Below are positions 31,594 to 42,261 of a DNA stretch of 64,000 nucleotides, piece by piece. The position numbers and the translations under genes were made by a program. Within the stretch, counting starts at the first letter, position 1. Each line of letters begins with the position of its first letter. The notes under the pieces are model-generated. The model had not been told where the DNA came from and searched no databases. It saw nothing but the letters and a program-made list of their open reading frames with translations. Origin of the DNA: Candidatus Poriferihabitaceae bacterium (GTDB lineage Bacteria > Pseudomonadota > Gammaproteobacteria > Arenicellales > Poriferihabitantaceae). The stretch is from the NCBI GenBank assembly GCA_965203365.1, contig OZ241878.1:40541-104540 (forward strand), given 5' to 3'.

Positions 31594-31875
31594 TCAGCTC
31601 TTTGCGATCAGAGCGTCATGGCGCTCCTTGGCCTTGTGCATGGCCGGGATCGGCTTGGCATCTGCCAGCAAATCGGCAACAAAGGCCGAACTCTCTGCGC
31701 TCAGCCGGATGGCTTCAGCCTGTTCAAGCGTCTGGTGCGCGGCGGCGCTCGCCGCCGCCACCATGAAATCGGTGATGCTGTGTCCCTCGATCTCGGCGGC
31801 ACGCTTCAGCACCGCACCCACCTCTGGTGCGATGCGTGCTTCCAGCCTTATCTTCTTTTTCATCGGGGTTGTCAT
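31594..31875 (-). CDS. DUF1778 RHH antitoxin (AtaR/TacA-like)
   Basis: RLEARI...LKRAAEIEGHSITDFMVAAA...IRLS; directly upstream of the GNAT gene. Confidence 0.88.
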   Translation of the reverse strand: MTTPMKKKIRLEARIAPEVGAVLKRAAEIEGHSITDFMVAAASAAAHQTLEQAEAIRLSAESSAFVADLLADAKPIPAMHKAKERHDALIAKS

Positions 31876-32228
31876 AGCAAGTCTCCTTAAGTGAGAACAT
31901 ACTACAGTCCAGCCTCTATCCCTACCTTCAACTTTGTTGCAATAGCGGTTTCGACCACTCTCGTGGTCTCTCGCGACTCGGACTTCTGGGTCTGCGTGCC
32001 GTCGGTCGGGGCCCTGTCGAGCTCGCCGGCGCCGTGCACGACCTTAACGAGCGGCCTGCATTGAGATCCCGTCTTTCATGACAAGCCCTGTAATAGGTTG
32101 CTTTTCAACTGGAGGTACATTTGACCCAACGGTCAGGTAGCAAGAGCGTACCTGGGATCACTCCTCCGACCCATGAAGCATGATTTGGGGCATGCTATGA
32201 TGGAAAGGATGTACTGCGAGGAAACATG

Positions 32229-32420
32229 ACCATGAACCGGCTGACACGAACGTTCGAGGCAGCCTCTTCCGGAATCTCCGAACTTCGGATGGGTACTATG
32301 TGGACAAGACTGCTTATAACCATAAAGTTGAGCCAGGAAGGACGATACTGGGCTTGTCCGGTCCGCGCTGTTTCGGCAAGTCTCTGCTGGTGGATACGCT
32401 GCAAGCACGGTTTAATGGCA
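32229..32420 (+). pseudogene. N-terminal remnant of an AAA-ATPase_like/PD-(D/E)XK family gene
   Basis: Frame reading GYYVDKTAY...LSGPRCFGKSLLVDTLQ resembles the YVDKT...LSRPRRFGKSL family motif. Confidence 0.6.
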
Positions 32421-32514
32421 GTCCCCTCTTTGACATCCGATGACTCCCTTAACTGCCACATCTTTGCCCCTTAGGGTGAGTCGTCACTCCAAACATCCCT
32501 TGAGGTGTCGAACG

Positions 32515-33558
32515 ATGGAAATGAACCAGCAAGCAAGACACGACCTTCGGTATCAGATGGGCATTCTGGATGGGGTTTCACGTTCTTTTGCCTTTACCAT
32601 CCCACAGTTGCCGGATTCTCTGGAGATTACGGTTGGGAATGCCTATCTTCTTTGCCGGATCGTCGACACGATCGAAGATGAGCCGACATTAACCGTACAG
32701 CAAAAGGATCATTTCAACCAACGCTTTGTCGAGGTCATTGGCGGGCGGGAAGACCCGGTGGTATTCGCCCATGATCTAAGAGCGCAGCTTTCGTATGAGA
32801 CAACCGGTCATGAACGTGACCTCATCGCAAATACTGTCCGCATCATCCGAATCACCAACAGACTTTCGAGTGAACAACGTCAATCAGTGCAACGTTGCAT
32901 CGGGATAATGACCCAGGGAATGGTGCAATTTCAGCGTAGGGCAAGTCTTGACGGGTTGCGTGATCTGGCACATCTGGACCGATATTGCTACGCTGTGGCT
33001 GGAGTCGTCGGCGAAATGTTGACAGAGTTTTTCTGTGACTATTCTGATGAAATCAATTCCGAACGTCACCAGTTGTATTCACTCGCGACATCATTCGGTC
33101 AGGGGTTGCAGATGACCAACATCCTGAAAGATATCTGGGAAGATCATAGTCGAGGAGTCTGCTGGTTGCCGAGGGATATCTTTGATGCAAAGGGGTTCCC
33201 CGTCGGGTCACTATCCACGGGAAAAACGGAACCAGAATTCGTCAGGGGGTTGAGTGAGTTGGTGGCGATATCAGTCCATCATCTGAAACGGGCGCTGTGG
33301 TATGTTCTTCTGATTCCGCCACACGAAACCGGGATTCGTCGTTTTTGCCTATGGTCGATGACCATGGCCATTCTGACATTACGTCGAATTTACCGGTATC
33401 CCGATTACAAGAGCGGTCAGGAGGTGAAAATTTCAAGAAATGCGGCCAAAACAGGCTTGTTCGTTACGAACGTCTTGTCGAAATCCAACCCCGGTTTGGA
33501 ATGGTTGTTTTCCAAGCTCACCATGGGGCTGCCCAGCCAAAGTGTTCAGACTCACTAA
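32515..33558 (+). CDS. Squalene/phytoene synthase family protein (squalene synthase-like)
   Basis: [49 protein letters not shown]. Confidence 0.9.
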   Translation: MEMNQQARHDLRYQMGILDGVSRSFAFTIPQLPDSLEITVGNAYLLCRIVDTIEDEPTLTVQQKDHFNQRFVEVIGGREDPVVFAHDLRAQLSYETTGHERDLIANTVRIIRITNRLSSEQRQSVQRCIGIMTQGMVQFQRRASLDGLRDLAHLDRYCYAVAGVVGEMLTEFFCDYSDEINSERHQLYSLATSFGQGLQMTNILKDIWEDHSRGVCWLPRDIFDAKGFPVGSLSTGKTEPEFVRGLSELVAISVHHLKRALWYVLLIPPHETGIRRFCLWSMTMAILTLRRIYRYPDYKSGQEVKISRNAAKTGLFVTNVLSKSNPGLEWLFSKLTMGLPSQSVQTH

Positions 33559-33817
33559 GATTTTTGCCACCATCTATTTGAAACGGTCTCCATTTCCCAA
33601 GTCCATATTCTCGACTTCCACGGTATGACAGTGATGGCCACCGCAAGGTTGCTGTATGCCCTCTTTCTGGTCTGATTAACTTGTCGAGACCAATGGCTGC
33701 CCGGTTCAGTGAAGTACGATAAATGGAGTGCGATGCAGTGACAAAAAGCCTCGATTTCAGTGAGTGAAAGAGTGTTGGATGAGCGAAACCCACCTTGGAA
33801 ACACTTTGTGGAACGAG

Positions 33818-35206
33818 TCACCTATCCGAGATTCCAATGACCTTTCCCGGGTTCAGGATGTTCTTGGGGTCCAGCAGGCTTTTGAATTGTTGCATCAACC
33901 GGTATCGGGTCGGTGAGGCCAGATCCCGCAGTGCCTGGCACTTGTCAATGCCGATACCGTGTTCGGCGGAAAACGATCCGCCCATTTCGGCAAGACCGCT
34001 GTAGACTGCTTTGTCCACCGACGCTTTCCGGGTGGGGGCCGGTTGGCCGGAAGTGATGGTCGCATGGATGTTTCCGTCGGCGAGATGGGCAATCAGAAAA
34101 ACCCTCAGATCCGGGGAGATGTCGTGGAGACGCCCCCGAAGCCCGTCGACATAATCCGCCAGATGGTCCAGCGGGACGGACACATCATACCAGAAACCAT
34201 GGGGCCAGACGGTGTCCACCACAAAGCTGTCTTCACGAATACGCCACATTTCGTTTCGTTGTCGCTCATTCGTGGCCACCACGATGTCCGACACCGTGCC
34301 GGACCCATACAGGGCGGACAAGGATTGTTCCACGGCATCGACCCGGGAAGGCGATTCCGATGCGAACTCGAACAACCCCAGCAACTGACCCGACCCCGGC
34401 TGGAGTGTCACCGGCAGGTTGATCGACAACCCGTCGGTGACGGTGATGACATAATCTGACCACATGGCTTCTGCCGACAACAACCGCACATCGGCGTCTT
34501 GGCGCAAGGCGGCATAACTGGCCACGGCACAGGACACATCCGGACAGACGGCCAGTGCCGTCATGCGGTTCGGGTCTTGGGGCAGAAGAGACAACGACAG
34601 GCGTGTGATCACGCCCAAGGTGCCTTCAGAGCCAATGAATAGTTGTCCGATGTCCAGACCTTCATTGGCCTTGGTGACGCGACGAAGATGGGTATAGACC
34701 GTGCCATCGGCGAGCACCGCCTCCAGACCGAGAATCCGGTGGCGCATCATTCCGTTTCGATGGGCCTCGATTCCGCCAGCATTGGTGGCCGCCATCCCGC
34801 CCAAAGTGGCGGAGTCCCGAGCGGCCAGGTCAATTCCAGTGGTCAGCCCGTGGGTTCTGGCGGCGGATTCCAGGGCGGCTAGTGTCACCCCACATTCCAC
34901 GATAGCCGTCCCGCTCAGCGGATGGATCGATTCGATGCGATTCATTTGGCCGGTATCCAGGATGAGCTGTCCTGCGGTCGAGACCGCCCCGCCGGAAAGA
35001 CCGGTCCTCCCCCCCTGAGTGACCACGGGGATGAGGCCTTGACTGCACAGGGCCAACAATTCGCTGACGTCTGCCACACTGTTGGGCAATGCCATCAGAT
35101 CGGCACCCAGGTTTTGCGGATGAAATCCCGGATGCCGATGGGTCATCTCATTCTGGGTGCGGAATGTGATCCGGGGCAGCCTGTCCGGTAATTGTTCCAG
35201 TGACAT
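33818..35206 (-). CDS. FAD-linked oxidase (D-2-hydroxyacid dehydrogenase/GlcD-like)
   Basis: QGGRTGLSGG, TLGGMAATNAGG, FIGSEGTLGVIT, HLADGNIH, SAEHGIG, LDPKNILNPGK; start at MSLEQL. Confidence 0.9.
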   Translation of the reverse strand: MSLEQLPDRLPRITFRTQNEMTHRHPGFHPQNLGADLMALPNSVADVSELLALCSQGLIPVVTQGGRTGLSGGAVSTAGQLILDTGQMNRIESIHPLSGTAIVECGVTLAALESAARTHGLTTGIDLAARDSATLGGMAATNAGGIEAHRNGMMRHRILGLEAVLADGTVYTHLRRVTKANEGLDIGQLFIGSEGTLGVITRLSLSLLPQDPNRMTALAVCPDVSCAVASYAALRQDADVRLLSAEAMWSDYVITVTDGLSINLPVTLQPGSGQLLGLFEFASESPSRVDAVEQSLSALYGSGTVSDIVVATNERQRNEMWRIREDSFVVDTVWPHGFWYDVSVPLDHLADYVDGLRGRLHDISPDLRVFLIAHLADGNIHATITSGQPAPTRKASVDKAVYSGLAEMGGSFSAEHGIGIDKCQALRDLASPTRYRLMQQFKSLLDPKNILNPGKVIGISDR

Positions 35207-35255
35207 TGTTCTATCGGATAAGCGCATTGTTCCCGTGTGGCAACATTTGATCATC

Positions 35256-36680
35256 CTACGGCGAGGATTTCCATTGCCGGGTCTTAGCGACGGCCTCGGT
35301 GAACTTCGCTGTCCAATCTTCATGAGATGTCGAGGGCGAATAGGTCTGGACGGGCGATGGACCTTCCGTGACCACCCCGAGTTCGGCGCCAGCCAACTGG
35401 GCCGTCCCGAGAGCCGTGATTTCCGAAAATGAATTGACCGTGACCCGTCGGCCAAGCGCATCCGACAGGAATTGACAAAAATAGGGATTGACGGAAAGCC
35501 CCCCATCAATGGAAATCTCGTCATCGACTCGGGTGAACCGTGACATGGCGCGGATGACCTCCGCAGTGCGCAAGGCAATCCCTTCGAGCACGGCCTGCAT
35601 CATGTCTTGGCGGTCGGTATCCAGGGAGAGTCCGATCCACATCCCGGCAGCATCCCGGTCCCAGTGCGGGCAGCCCAGTCCGGACAATGCTGGAACGAAA
35701 ACCAGATCGCGCATGATGGCGGCCGGCTTGACGAATGCGTTCAGTGAAGAGTAACCGTCAAACAGCTTCAGCCCCCGAGCCCATTCGATCGCCGACCCGG
35801 CACAATAGACCCCCCCATCCAGAGCATATACTGCCGCATGGTCGGCCTGTTGCCAGGCCACGGTCGGGAGCAGTCCTTGGTCAGGTGATCGAAGGACCTT
35901 GTCCCCGGTGACCATCAAGGCGAAGGCCCCGGTCCCGAAAGTGATCTTGACGTCACCGGATTGACGACATCCGTGGCCGTACAGCGAGGCCTGCTGGTCC
36001 ACCACGATGGCGGTGATCGGAATCCCGCGGCGGCTGGCCACGGTCCCCAGGACTCCGGTGGTGGGGACGATGTCCGGGAGTGCCTCCATGGGGACACCAA
36101 ACAGGTCACAGAGTGTCTGGTCCCATTGGCCGGTCTGAAGGTTCATCAGCGATGTGCGCGAGGCGGTGGTGATATCGGTCTTGAATTCACCCGTCAGTCG
36201 ATCCAGAAAAAACGCATCGGTGGTCCCGAGCTTCAGTTTTCCCTTTTTCCATAAGTCCGCCGCTTCGGGGATATGATGCAGGATCCAGGCCAGTTTGCTG
36301 GCGGAGAAATACGAATCAAGGGGCAATCCGGCCCGTTCCATGATGTCGTCTTCCACCCCGTCCTGTTTCATCTGCTCGACCCGGTCGCGAGTACGATGGT
36401 CCTGCCAGACAATGACTGGCGAGATCGGCTCGCGGGTATCCGCATGCCAGGCCAGACAGCTCTCGCCTTGATTGGCGATGCCTAGGGCCGTGACATCGGT
36501 CACCGAGTCGAGCGCCTTTTCCACATGGCACATCAGTTCCATCGGGTCGTGTTCCACCCACCCGGACCGAGGATAGTGTGGCTGGTGACGATGCACCGAC
36601 GTGATCGCCGCGTTGCCTTCAGGTCCAACTGCCAAGGCCCGCGTGCTGGTCGTCCCTTGGTCGATGGCAAGTATCGTCAT
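35256..36680 (-). CDS. FGGY-family carbohydrate kinase (glycerol kinase-like)
   Basis: LAIDQGTTSTR, IVWQD.RT, YFSASK, TDITTASRT, DQQASLYG, KITFGTGAF, DGGLS. Confidence 0.9.
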   Translation of the reverse strand: MTILAIDQGTTSTRALAVGPEGNAAITSVHRHQPHYPRSGWVEHDPMELMCHVEKALDSVTDVTALGIANQGESCLAWHADTREPISPVIVWQDHRTRDRVEQMKQDGVEDDIMERAGLPLDSYFSASKLAWILHHIPEAADLWKKGKLKLGTTDAFFLDRLTGEFKTDITTASRTSLMNLQTGQWDQTLCDLFGVPMEALPDIVPTTGVLGTVASRRGIPITAIVVDQQASLYGHGCRQSGDVKITFGTGAFALMVTGDKVLRSPDQGLLPTVAWQQADHAAVYALDGGVYCAGSAIEWARGLKLFDGYSSLNAFVKPAAIMRDLVFVPALSGLGCPHWDRDAAGMWIGLSLDTDRQDMMQAVLEGIALRTAEVIRAMSRFTRVDDEISIDGGLSVNPYFCQFLSDALGRRVTVNSFSEITALGTAQLAGAELGVVTEGPSPVQTYSPSTSHEDWTAKFTEAVAKTRQWKSSP

Positions 36681-36687
36681 GGTGTGG

Positions 36688-37929
36688 TCAGGCTGTTTCG
36701 AAAGACAGTCGGACGATGGCCGGCTGTGAGGCGAGCACATGATGTGGAACCGACAAGATCACCTGCTTTTCAGGCCGGGCTCGGATCGGTTTTGCCCAGA
36801 CCAGATCATCGTCCGCCCACAGGGACAGGGTGCCTTCCGCGTCATCGGAAAATCGCACCTTCACCGGGACATTCCTGGCCGATCGGTGATCGAGAATCAG
36901 CCTTTGGGGGGTGATGTAACGAATGACGGAGGCGGTTGACTGGATCATGGTGCCCCCATGCGAGGTGGGCAGGTCGTCCACCAGGGAACGGGCGATATGA
37001 TGCGCCGTTATCACACCTTCGCGCCAACAACGGCCGGAAGAATCCGCCGGATGCAGCATATTGCCGGCGGCAAAAAAATCGGAATCCGAGCACCGGCCAT
37101 ATTGATCGGTCACCGGGATGCCGAACCCCGGATGGATGTCAAGGTGTCCCATGCGGGCCAGAGCGGATTCGGAGACAAACTGTCCAGAGAACACGACACC
37201 GTCGCAGAGGATGGATTCCATCGGACCTTGCCCGCTTCGGACCATGACACTGCTGACTCGATCCTGACCCTGGATGCTAGCCAGTTCCGTATTCATCAGT
37301 ACACGGACACCCTGCAGTTGGGGCCACCAGGTGGCCGGTCGCCAGACGGTTGGTCGTCGACCAGCTTCTACCATGGCCACCGGACGAATCCCCGCCTGTC
37401 GACAAGTCAGCAAGGCCGAAAAAGAGACCAGCTTCGTGCCGACAATGATCGGACGGAAGAAGGGAATGCGGGATTTCAGGTACACCATCGACTGCAATGC
37501 GCCGGTATTCAGCACCCCCATTGGTCGAGTACCGGACACCATGCGGGCCGATCGGGGGGTCTCGCGCGTGCCCGTCGCCAACAGTACCCGCTTGGCCTCA
37601 ATATGCAGTAATCCTTGGGGAGTCGACACCCTCAGGGCAGGGCCGCGCTCAATGCCAATGGCGGTGGCTCGGGTACGAATATCCACCCCCACGGCTTCGG
37701 CCGCTTGCTGAAGCCGCGTGGCGTATTGCGGACCTTTGAGAACCCGATGAAATTCCTGCCATCCGAAGGGGGGGTGTCCACAATGGCGAGGAATGCCGCC
37801 GACCATGGCTTCCCGCTCAATCACCACAATGTGTCCGACGCCCACCTGTCGCAGCCGGGTCGCGGCCCCGAGACTGGCGGGTCCACCCCCCACAATGGCC
37901 ACATCACATCGTAACCTCGGCGTATTCAT
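36688..37929 (-). CDS. NAD(P)/FAD-dependent oxidoreductase (partner of GlpA-like dehydrogenase)
   Basis: IVGGGPA, GGIPRHCGH, LLATGTRE, FAAGN; ATGA overlap with upstream gene. Confidence 0.85.
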   Translation of the reverse strand: MNTPRLRCDVAIVGGGPASLGAATRLRQVGVGHIVVIEREAMVGGIPRHCGHPPFGWQEFHRVLKGPQYATRLQQAAEAVGVDIRTRATAIGIERGPALRVSTPQGLLHIEAKRVLLATGTRETPRSARMVSGTRPMGVLNTGALQSMVYLKSRIPFFRPIIVGTKLVSFSALLTCRQAGIRPVAMVEAGRRPTVWRPATWWPQLQGVRVLMNTELASIQGQDRVSSVMVRSGQGPMESILCDGVVFSGQFVSESALARMGHLDIHPGFGIPVTDQYGRCSDSDFFAAGNMLHPADSSGRCWREGVITAHHIARSLVDDLPTSHGGTMIQSTASVIRYITPQRLILDHRSARNVPVKVRFSDDAEGTLSLWADDDLVWAKPIRARPEKQVILSVPHHVLASQPAIVRLSFETA

Positions 37930-39341
37930 ATCATGGATGGTGGTTTCGTCATATCCATAGGGGCCGTGAAATGCCCGGCGGTAATGTCACTCAATTCCGC
38001 ACTACAGTAGAATCCTTGGCATCGCCCCATGGTGGCCCGGGTGCGCCGTTTCAGCCCCCCCAGCGATTTGGCTGACAGGGGCCCTTGAAGGGCCTTGTGG
38101 ATTTCCCGTCGGGTGACCAGTTCGCAATGACAGACAATGCCACCGTTGTCAGACCGCATCCAGTCCCGTTCTCCGACTTCACTGATCTGCGGCACCATAG
38201 GCCAGTGGACATTATCAGGTATGACGGCGACTGCCTGATCATTAATGATCGTTCGGGTGGCCAGCTGGGCAAGACCCAGTGCCGCACTCAGTCCCGTTGA
38301 GCGGATACCGCCGAGACACAGATATTTCCGTTTTCGATCCACCAGGAACTGGTAATCCCTCAAGCCGGTCGCGGGACGGATTCCGGCATAGACCGCTGTC
38401 ACGTCATGGGCTTTGAGGCTGGGCAGGATCCTTTCACCCGTCTGCCGCAATCGCTTCAGAGTGTTGGTGTCCACACTGGTGTCGTCACGGCTGTCCTGAT
38501 CTTCAGAACTGGGCCCAACGAGCAGGTTGCCGAAGACGGTGGGGCAGACCACGATGCCTTTGGTGGCCTCCGTGGGGACTGGTAGAAGGATCGTGTCAGT
38601 GAGCGTTCGGGCCGATTTGTCATAGACGACGAACTGACCCTTGCGGGGCCGGATCCGAAAGGGAGGTTGACCCATCAGTCGATTGTGCAGGGTGTCACCG
38701 TACAGTCCGGCACAATTGACCAGCCAGCGAGTGTGGAAGTTACCTTGGTTGGACGACAACTGCCAGAGTTCGCCATCAAAATGTCCTTGATGCATTTCGC
38801 AGTCCCGCCGGAATTTGGCGCCATGGGCCAAGGCCTGACGCAAGTAGGCCAGGGGTGTGGACCAAGGATCCACCAGGCATTCACCGGGGATGAGTACTGC
38901 GCCCAGCAGGCCCGGTCCGAGAGTGGGTACCCGAGTCCGGGCGGCGCCGGCATCAATGACGGCCACATCGGTCACCCCATTGGCATGGGCTTTGGACACG
39001 ATCTCATCGATTCTGGACGCCTGCTGATCATTCCAGACCAGGATCATCGCCCCGGTTTCCAGCAAGGGCAAGTTGAGACGACGATGGATTTCCCGAAACT
39101 CCTGATACCCCTCCGCCACGCAGGCCTGCTCGACCGAGCCGGTTGGCGCATCGAATCCGGTGTGCAGGATGGCGCTGTTGCCTTTGCTGGCGCCTTCCAG
39201 AATATCACTCGCCTTTTCCACCAGAGCCACCTTGGCCCCAGCCAGAGCCAGTCGACGTGTGACGGCACATCCTACGACCCCCGCGCCGACGACCAGCACG
39301 TCATGGATCGTTTGTCGGCGCACAGGGGGAGCAGGTGGCAT
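37926..39341 (-). CDS. FAD-dependent oxidoreductase with C-terminal BFD-like [2Fe-2S] domain (GlpA/LhgO-like)
   Basis: VVGAGVVG, GASKGNSAILH, PRKGQF, GIRSTGLS, VCHCELVT...MGRCQGFYC. Confidence 0.88.
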   Translation of the reverse strand: MPPAPPVRRQTIHDVLVVGAGVVGCAVTRRLALAGAKVALVEKASDILEGASKGNSAILHTGFDAPTGSVEQACVAEGYQEFREIHRRLNLPLLETGAMILVWNDQQASRIDEIVSKAHANGVTDVAVIDAGAARTRVPTLGPGLLGAVLIPGECLVDPWSTPLAYLRQALAHGAKFRRDCEMHQGHFDGELWQLSSNQGNFHTRWLVNCAGLYGDTLHNRLMGQPPFRIRPRKGQFVVYDKSARTLTDTILLPVPTEATKGIVVCPTVFGNLLVGPSSEDQDSRDDTSVDTNTLKRLRQTGERILPSLKAHDVTAVYAGIRPATGLRDYQFLVDRKRKYLCLGGIRSTGLSAALGLAQLATRTIINDQAVAVIPDNVHWPMVPQISEVGERDWMRSDNGGIVCHCELVTRREIHKALQGPLSAKSLGGLKRRTRATMGRCQGFYCSAELSDITAGHFTAPMDMTKPPSMI

Positions 39342-39513
39342 GAGAAGTTCTTCACGAAGTCGGTCCGATGCAACAGCTTCCAGTGTAGTGGATAAATGAC
39401 CAACCAGTCAATCCTGACCAAATATGATCGTCTGAAACACCAAAAAAATCGATTTTAATCGAGTATTTTCCGGAAATCATGACTGATCAGAAAAAATATG
39501 TTAGGGTTCGGTC

Positions 39514-40281
39514 ATGCAACCTAGTAAACCCAGTAAACGACAGGCAGCTATTTCGGATCTGGTGTGGCAGTGTCACCGGGTGTCCGTGGAGTCATTGGCC
39601 GCCCGATTCGCCACTTCCCCGGAAACGATCCGACGGGATCTGACGGTTCTGGCACGCAGCGGGCAGATTCGGAAAGTCCATGGCGGTGCGACGCTGCCGA
39701 GGATAGCGGAGGAAGGACCGTTTGCGGCGCGCTTGCGTTCCCAGGTGGCCGCCAAGAGGCTGATTGCCAAACGAGCGCTACCCTTGGTGTCGTCTGGAGA
39801 TACCTTGTTCCTCAATACCGGATCGACCACTTTGCTGTTTGCGGACCAACTGACGGGACTGGACAGTCTCACGGTCATCACCAATTCTGCGGAAATTGCT
39901 CGGGTACTGTCCGCTGGCAACGCATCCATGGAGGTTTTCCTTCTCGGGGGGGCGTATCAGAGTGATAATCGGGAGACTTATGGCCCCATCGCCATCGAGC
40001 AGTTGGGCCGGTTCCGGGCACACAGAGCCTTCCTGACAGTGGGCTCGGTCGAAGCCACCGCCGGCGTCATGGATTACAATTCGCAGGAAGCGGAGCTGTC
40101 CCGGGCCATGATCCGGCATGCTGGCACCGCCACTCTGCTGGTCGATTCGTCGAAATTCGGCCAACTGGCCCCGTTCACGGTGGCCGGATTCGATCGGATT
40201 GACAGCATGGTATGTGAACGGATGCCCCAGTCTCCCCTGGAACAGGCCTTGGCCAGACAGCAAGTCGAAATCGTCTGTTGA
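39514..40281 (+). CDS. DeoR/GlpR-family transcriptional regulator
   Basis: SPETIRRDL..L...KVHGGA, GSTT, VITNS, DSSKF; divergent from the kinase operon. Confidence 0.92.
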   Translation: MQPSKPSKRQAAISDLVWQCHRVSVESLAARFATSPETIRRDLTVLARSGQIRKVHGGATLPRIAEEGPFAARLRSQVAAKRLIAKRALPLVSSGDTLFLNTGSTTLLFADQLTGLDSLTVITNSAEIARVLSAGNASMEVFLLGGAYQSDNRETYGPIAIEQLGRFRAHRAFLTVGSVEATAGVMDYNSQEAELSRAMIRHAGTATLLVDSSKFGQLAPFTVAGFDRIDSMVCERMPQSPLEQALARQQVEIVC

Positions 40282-40369
40282 ACCACCGGGTTCATGCGAT
40301 ACCATTCACCCGTCTACATCTGATCGTCGATCTAGTCTACCGGCCACCATTTCTCGAGTCTCCCCTCCA

Positions 40370-40882
40370 ATGCCGCCCTTTGTCGTTACGTATGTCCGGA
40401 TCGTGGATGCGTTATCCACGCGATTTGGCCGGATCGCGATGTATCTCATTTTTCTGATGATCGGGACACTGCTTCTGGACGCCATTACCCGAAATGTATT
40501 GCACATCCCCCTGTTTTGGTGTGTGGAGTTGGCCCAGTTCACCTTGGCCGCCTACTACATCATGGGAGGGGGTTATTCCATGCAACTCGAAAGTCACGTG
40601 CGCATGGATTTGTTGTATGACCGGCTCTCTGACCGGAACAAGGCCCGCATGGACAGTTTCACGGCGATCTTTTTGGTCGTGTACCTGATCGTGTTGCTGA
40701 TCGGGTCGATCTCCAGCACCATCTATTCCATAGAAACCAACCAACGGCTGTTTTCCATGTGGAATCCGTCGGTGGTCCCCATCAAGATCATCATGGTGCT
40801 GGGCATCGTGCTGATGCTGTTGCAGGCCATTTCCATCTTCTTCAAGGATTTAGCCAAGTCGCGCGGGCTGGAATGGTCATGA
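40370..40882 (+). CDS. TRAP transporter small permease (DctQ)
   Basis: Four TM segments, W.VELAQF, HVRMDLLY. Confidence 0.9.
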   Translation: MPPFVVTYVRIVDALSTRFGRIAMYLIFLMIGTLLLDAITRNVLHIPLFWCVELAQFTLAAYYIMGGGYSMQLESHVRMDLLYDRLSDRNKARMDSFTAIFLVVYLIVLLIGSISSTIYSIETNQRLFSMWNPSVVPIKIIMVLGIVLMLLQAISIFFKDLAKSRGLEWS

Positions 40883-42201
40883 GCTACGAAGCCATCGCGA
40901 TCGTGATGTTCGGCTCCATGCTCTTGATGTTACTCACTGGACAACGCGTGTTTGCGGCCATCGGTATTGTCTCCACCGTGGCCGCACTGCTGCTCTGGGG
41001 GGAAGGCGGGGTGGAAATGCCCTTTACCGCCGCTTTCAAGTTGTTCAAATGGTATCCGTTGCTCACGTTGCCCCTGTTCATCTATATGGGCTACATCCTG
41101 TCCGAATCGGGGATTGCGGATGATCTCTACCAGATGTTCCATGTCTGGTTCGGCGGTCTAAAGGGCGGATTGGCGGTGGGTACCATTGGTCTCATGGTGG
41201 TGATTTCCGCCATGAATGGACTCAGTGTGGCCGGGATGGCCATCGGCGCGACCATCGCCCTGCCGGAGATGCTCCGCCGAGGTTATGACAAGATCATGAT
41301 TACGGGCGTGGTCCAAGCGGGCAGTTCCCTGGGAATTCTGGTCCCCCCCAGCGTGGTGCTAGTTCTGTACGGCATGATTGCCCGGGAATCGGTCGGCAAG
41401 CTCTGGCTGGCTGGCGCCTTGCCCGGTCTGATGATGGCGGCCCTTTTTATCGTCTATATCGTGATTCGATGCCGTCTGCAGCCTCACCTCGGGCCGACGG
41501 TCAGCGAGGAAGAAAGACATATGCCGATGACGGAAAAACTGCGGTTGCTCCGGGCCGGAATCATCCCGTTCCTCATTTTCTTTTTCATGACCGGGCTCTT
41601 CGTCATGGGCATCACCAGCTTGGTGGAAAGCTCTGCCGTAGGTGCCACGGCGGCCACTTTGGCCGCACTGGTCAAGCGTCGTCTGAACCGAAAGGTCATG
41701 GAAGAGACCATCCGCAAAACGCTGGGCATTTCCTGCATGTTCATGTGGATCATCCTGGCGGCCCTTTGTTTCGGTGCCGTGTTTGATGGAATCGGGGCGG
41801 CCCGAGCCATCGAGACGCTGTTCATCACAAACTGGAATCTGACGCCCTGGGAGGTGTTGATCATGATGCAGCTTTCCTATCTGTTCATGGGGATGTTCTT
41901 GGACGATACGGCGATGCTGGTGATCGTGGCCCCCCTGTATGTTCCCCTCGTGAAGATCCTGGGGTTTGATCCCGTCTGGTATGGTGTGTTGTATACCATC
42001 ACTTGCCAGATCGCTTACATGACGCCGCCATTCGGCTACAATCTGTTTCTGATGCGTGCCATGGCACCGCCCGAAATCACCTTGGTCGATATTTATCGAT
42101 CTATCTTTCCTTTCGTGCTGGTCATGCTCGTGGCCTTGATTCTGGTTATGGTGTTTCCACAGATTGCCCTTTGGTTGCCCAGTCAGATATACGCCCGGTG
42201 A
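40879..42201 (+). CDS. TRAP transporter large permease (DctM)
   Basis: LLTLPLFIYMG, SLGILVPPS, YMTPPFGYNLF, FPQIALWLP. Confidence 0.93.
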   Translation: MSYEAIAIVMFGSMLLMLLTGQRVFAAIGIVSTVAALLLWGEGGVEMPFTAAFKLFKWYPLLTLPLFIYMGYILSESGIADDLYQMFHVWFGGLKGGLAVGTIGLMVVISAMNGLSVAGMAIGATIALPEMLRRGYDKIMITGVVQAGSSLGILVPPSVVLVLYGMIARESVGKLWLAGALPGLMMAALFIVYIVIRCRLQPHLGPTVSEEERHMPMTEKLRLLRAGIIPFLIFFFMTGLFVMGITSLVESSAVGATAATLAALVKRRLNRKVMEETIRKTLGISCMFMWIILAALCFGAVFDGIGAARAIETLFITNWNLTPWEVLIMMQLSYLFMGMFLDDTAMLVIVAPLYVPLVKILGFDPVWYGVLYTITCQIAYMTPPFGYNLFLMRAMAPPEITLVDIYRSIFPFVLVMLVALILVMVFPQIALWLPSQIYAR

Positions 42202-42261
42202 TCAACAGGGTATATTCGTTGATTCCCAACCTCATACCAACCTACTTGTAGGAGCTAGACA

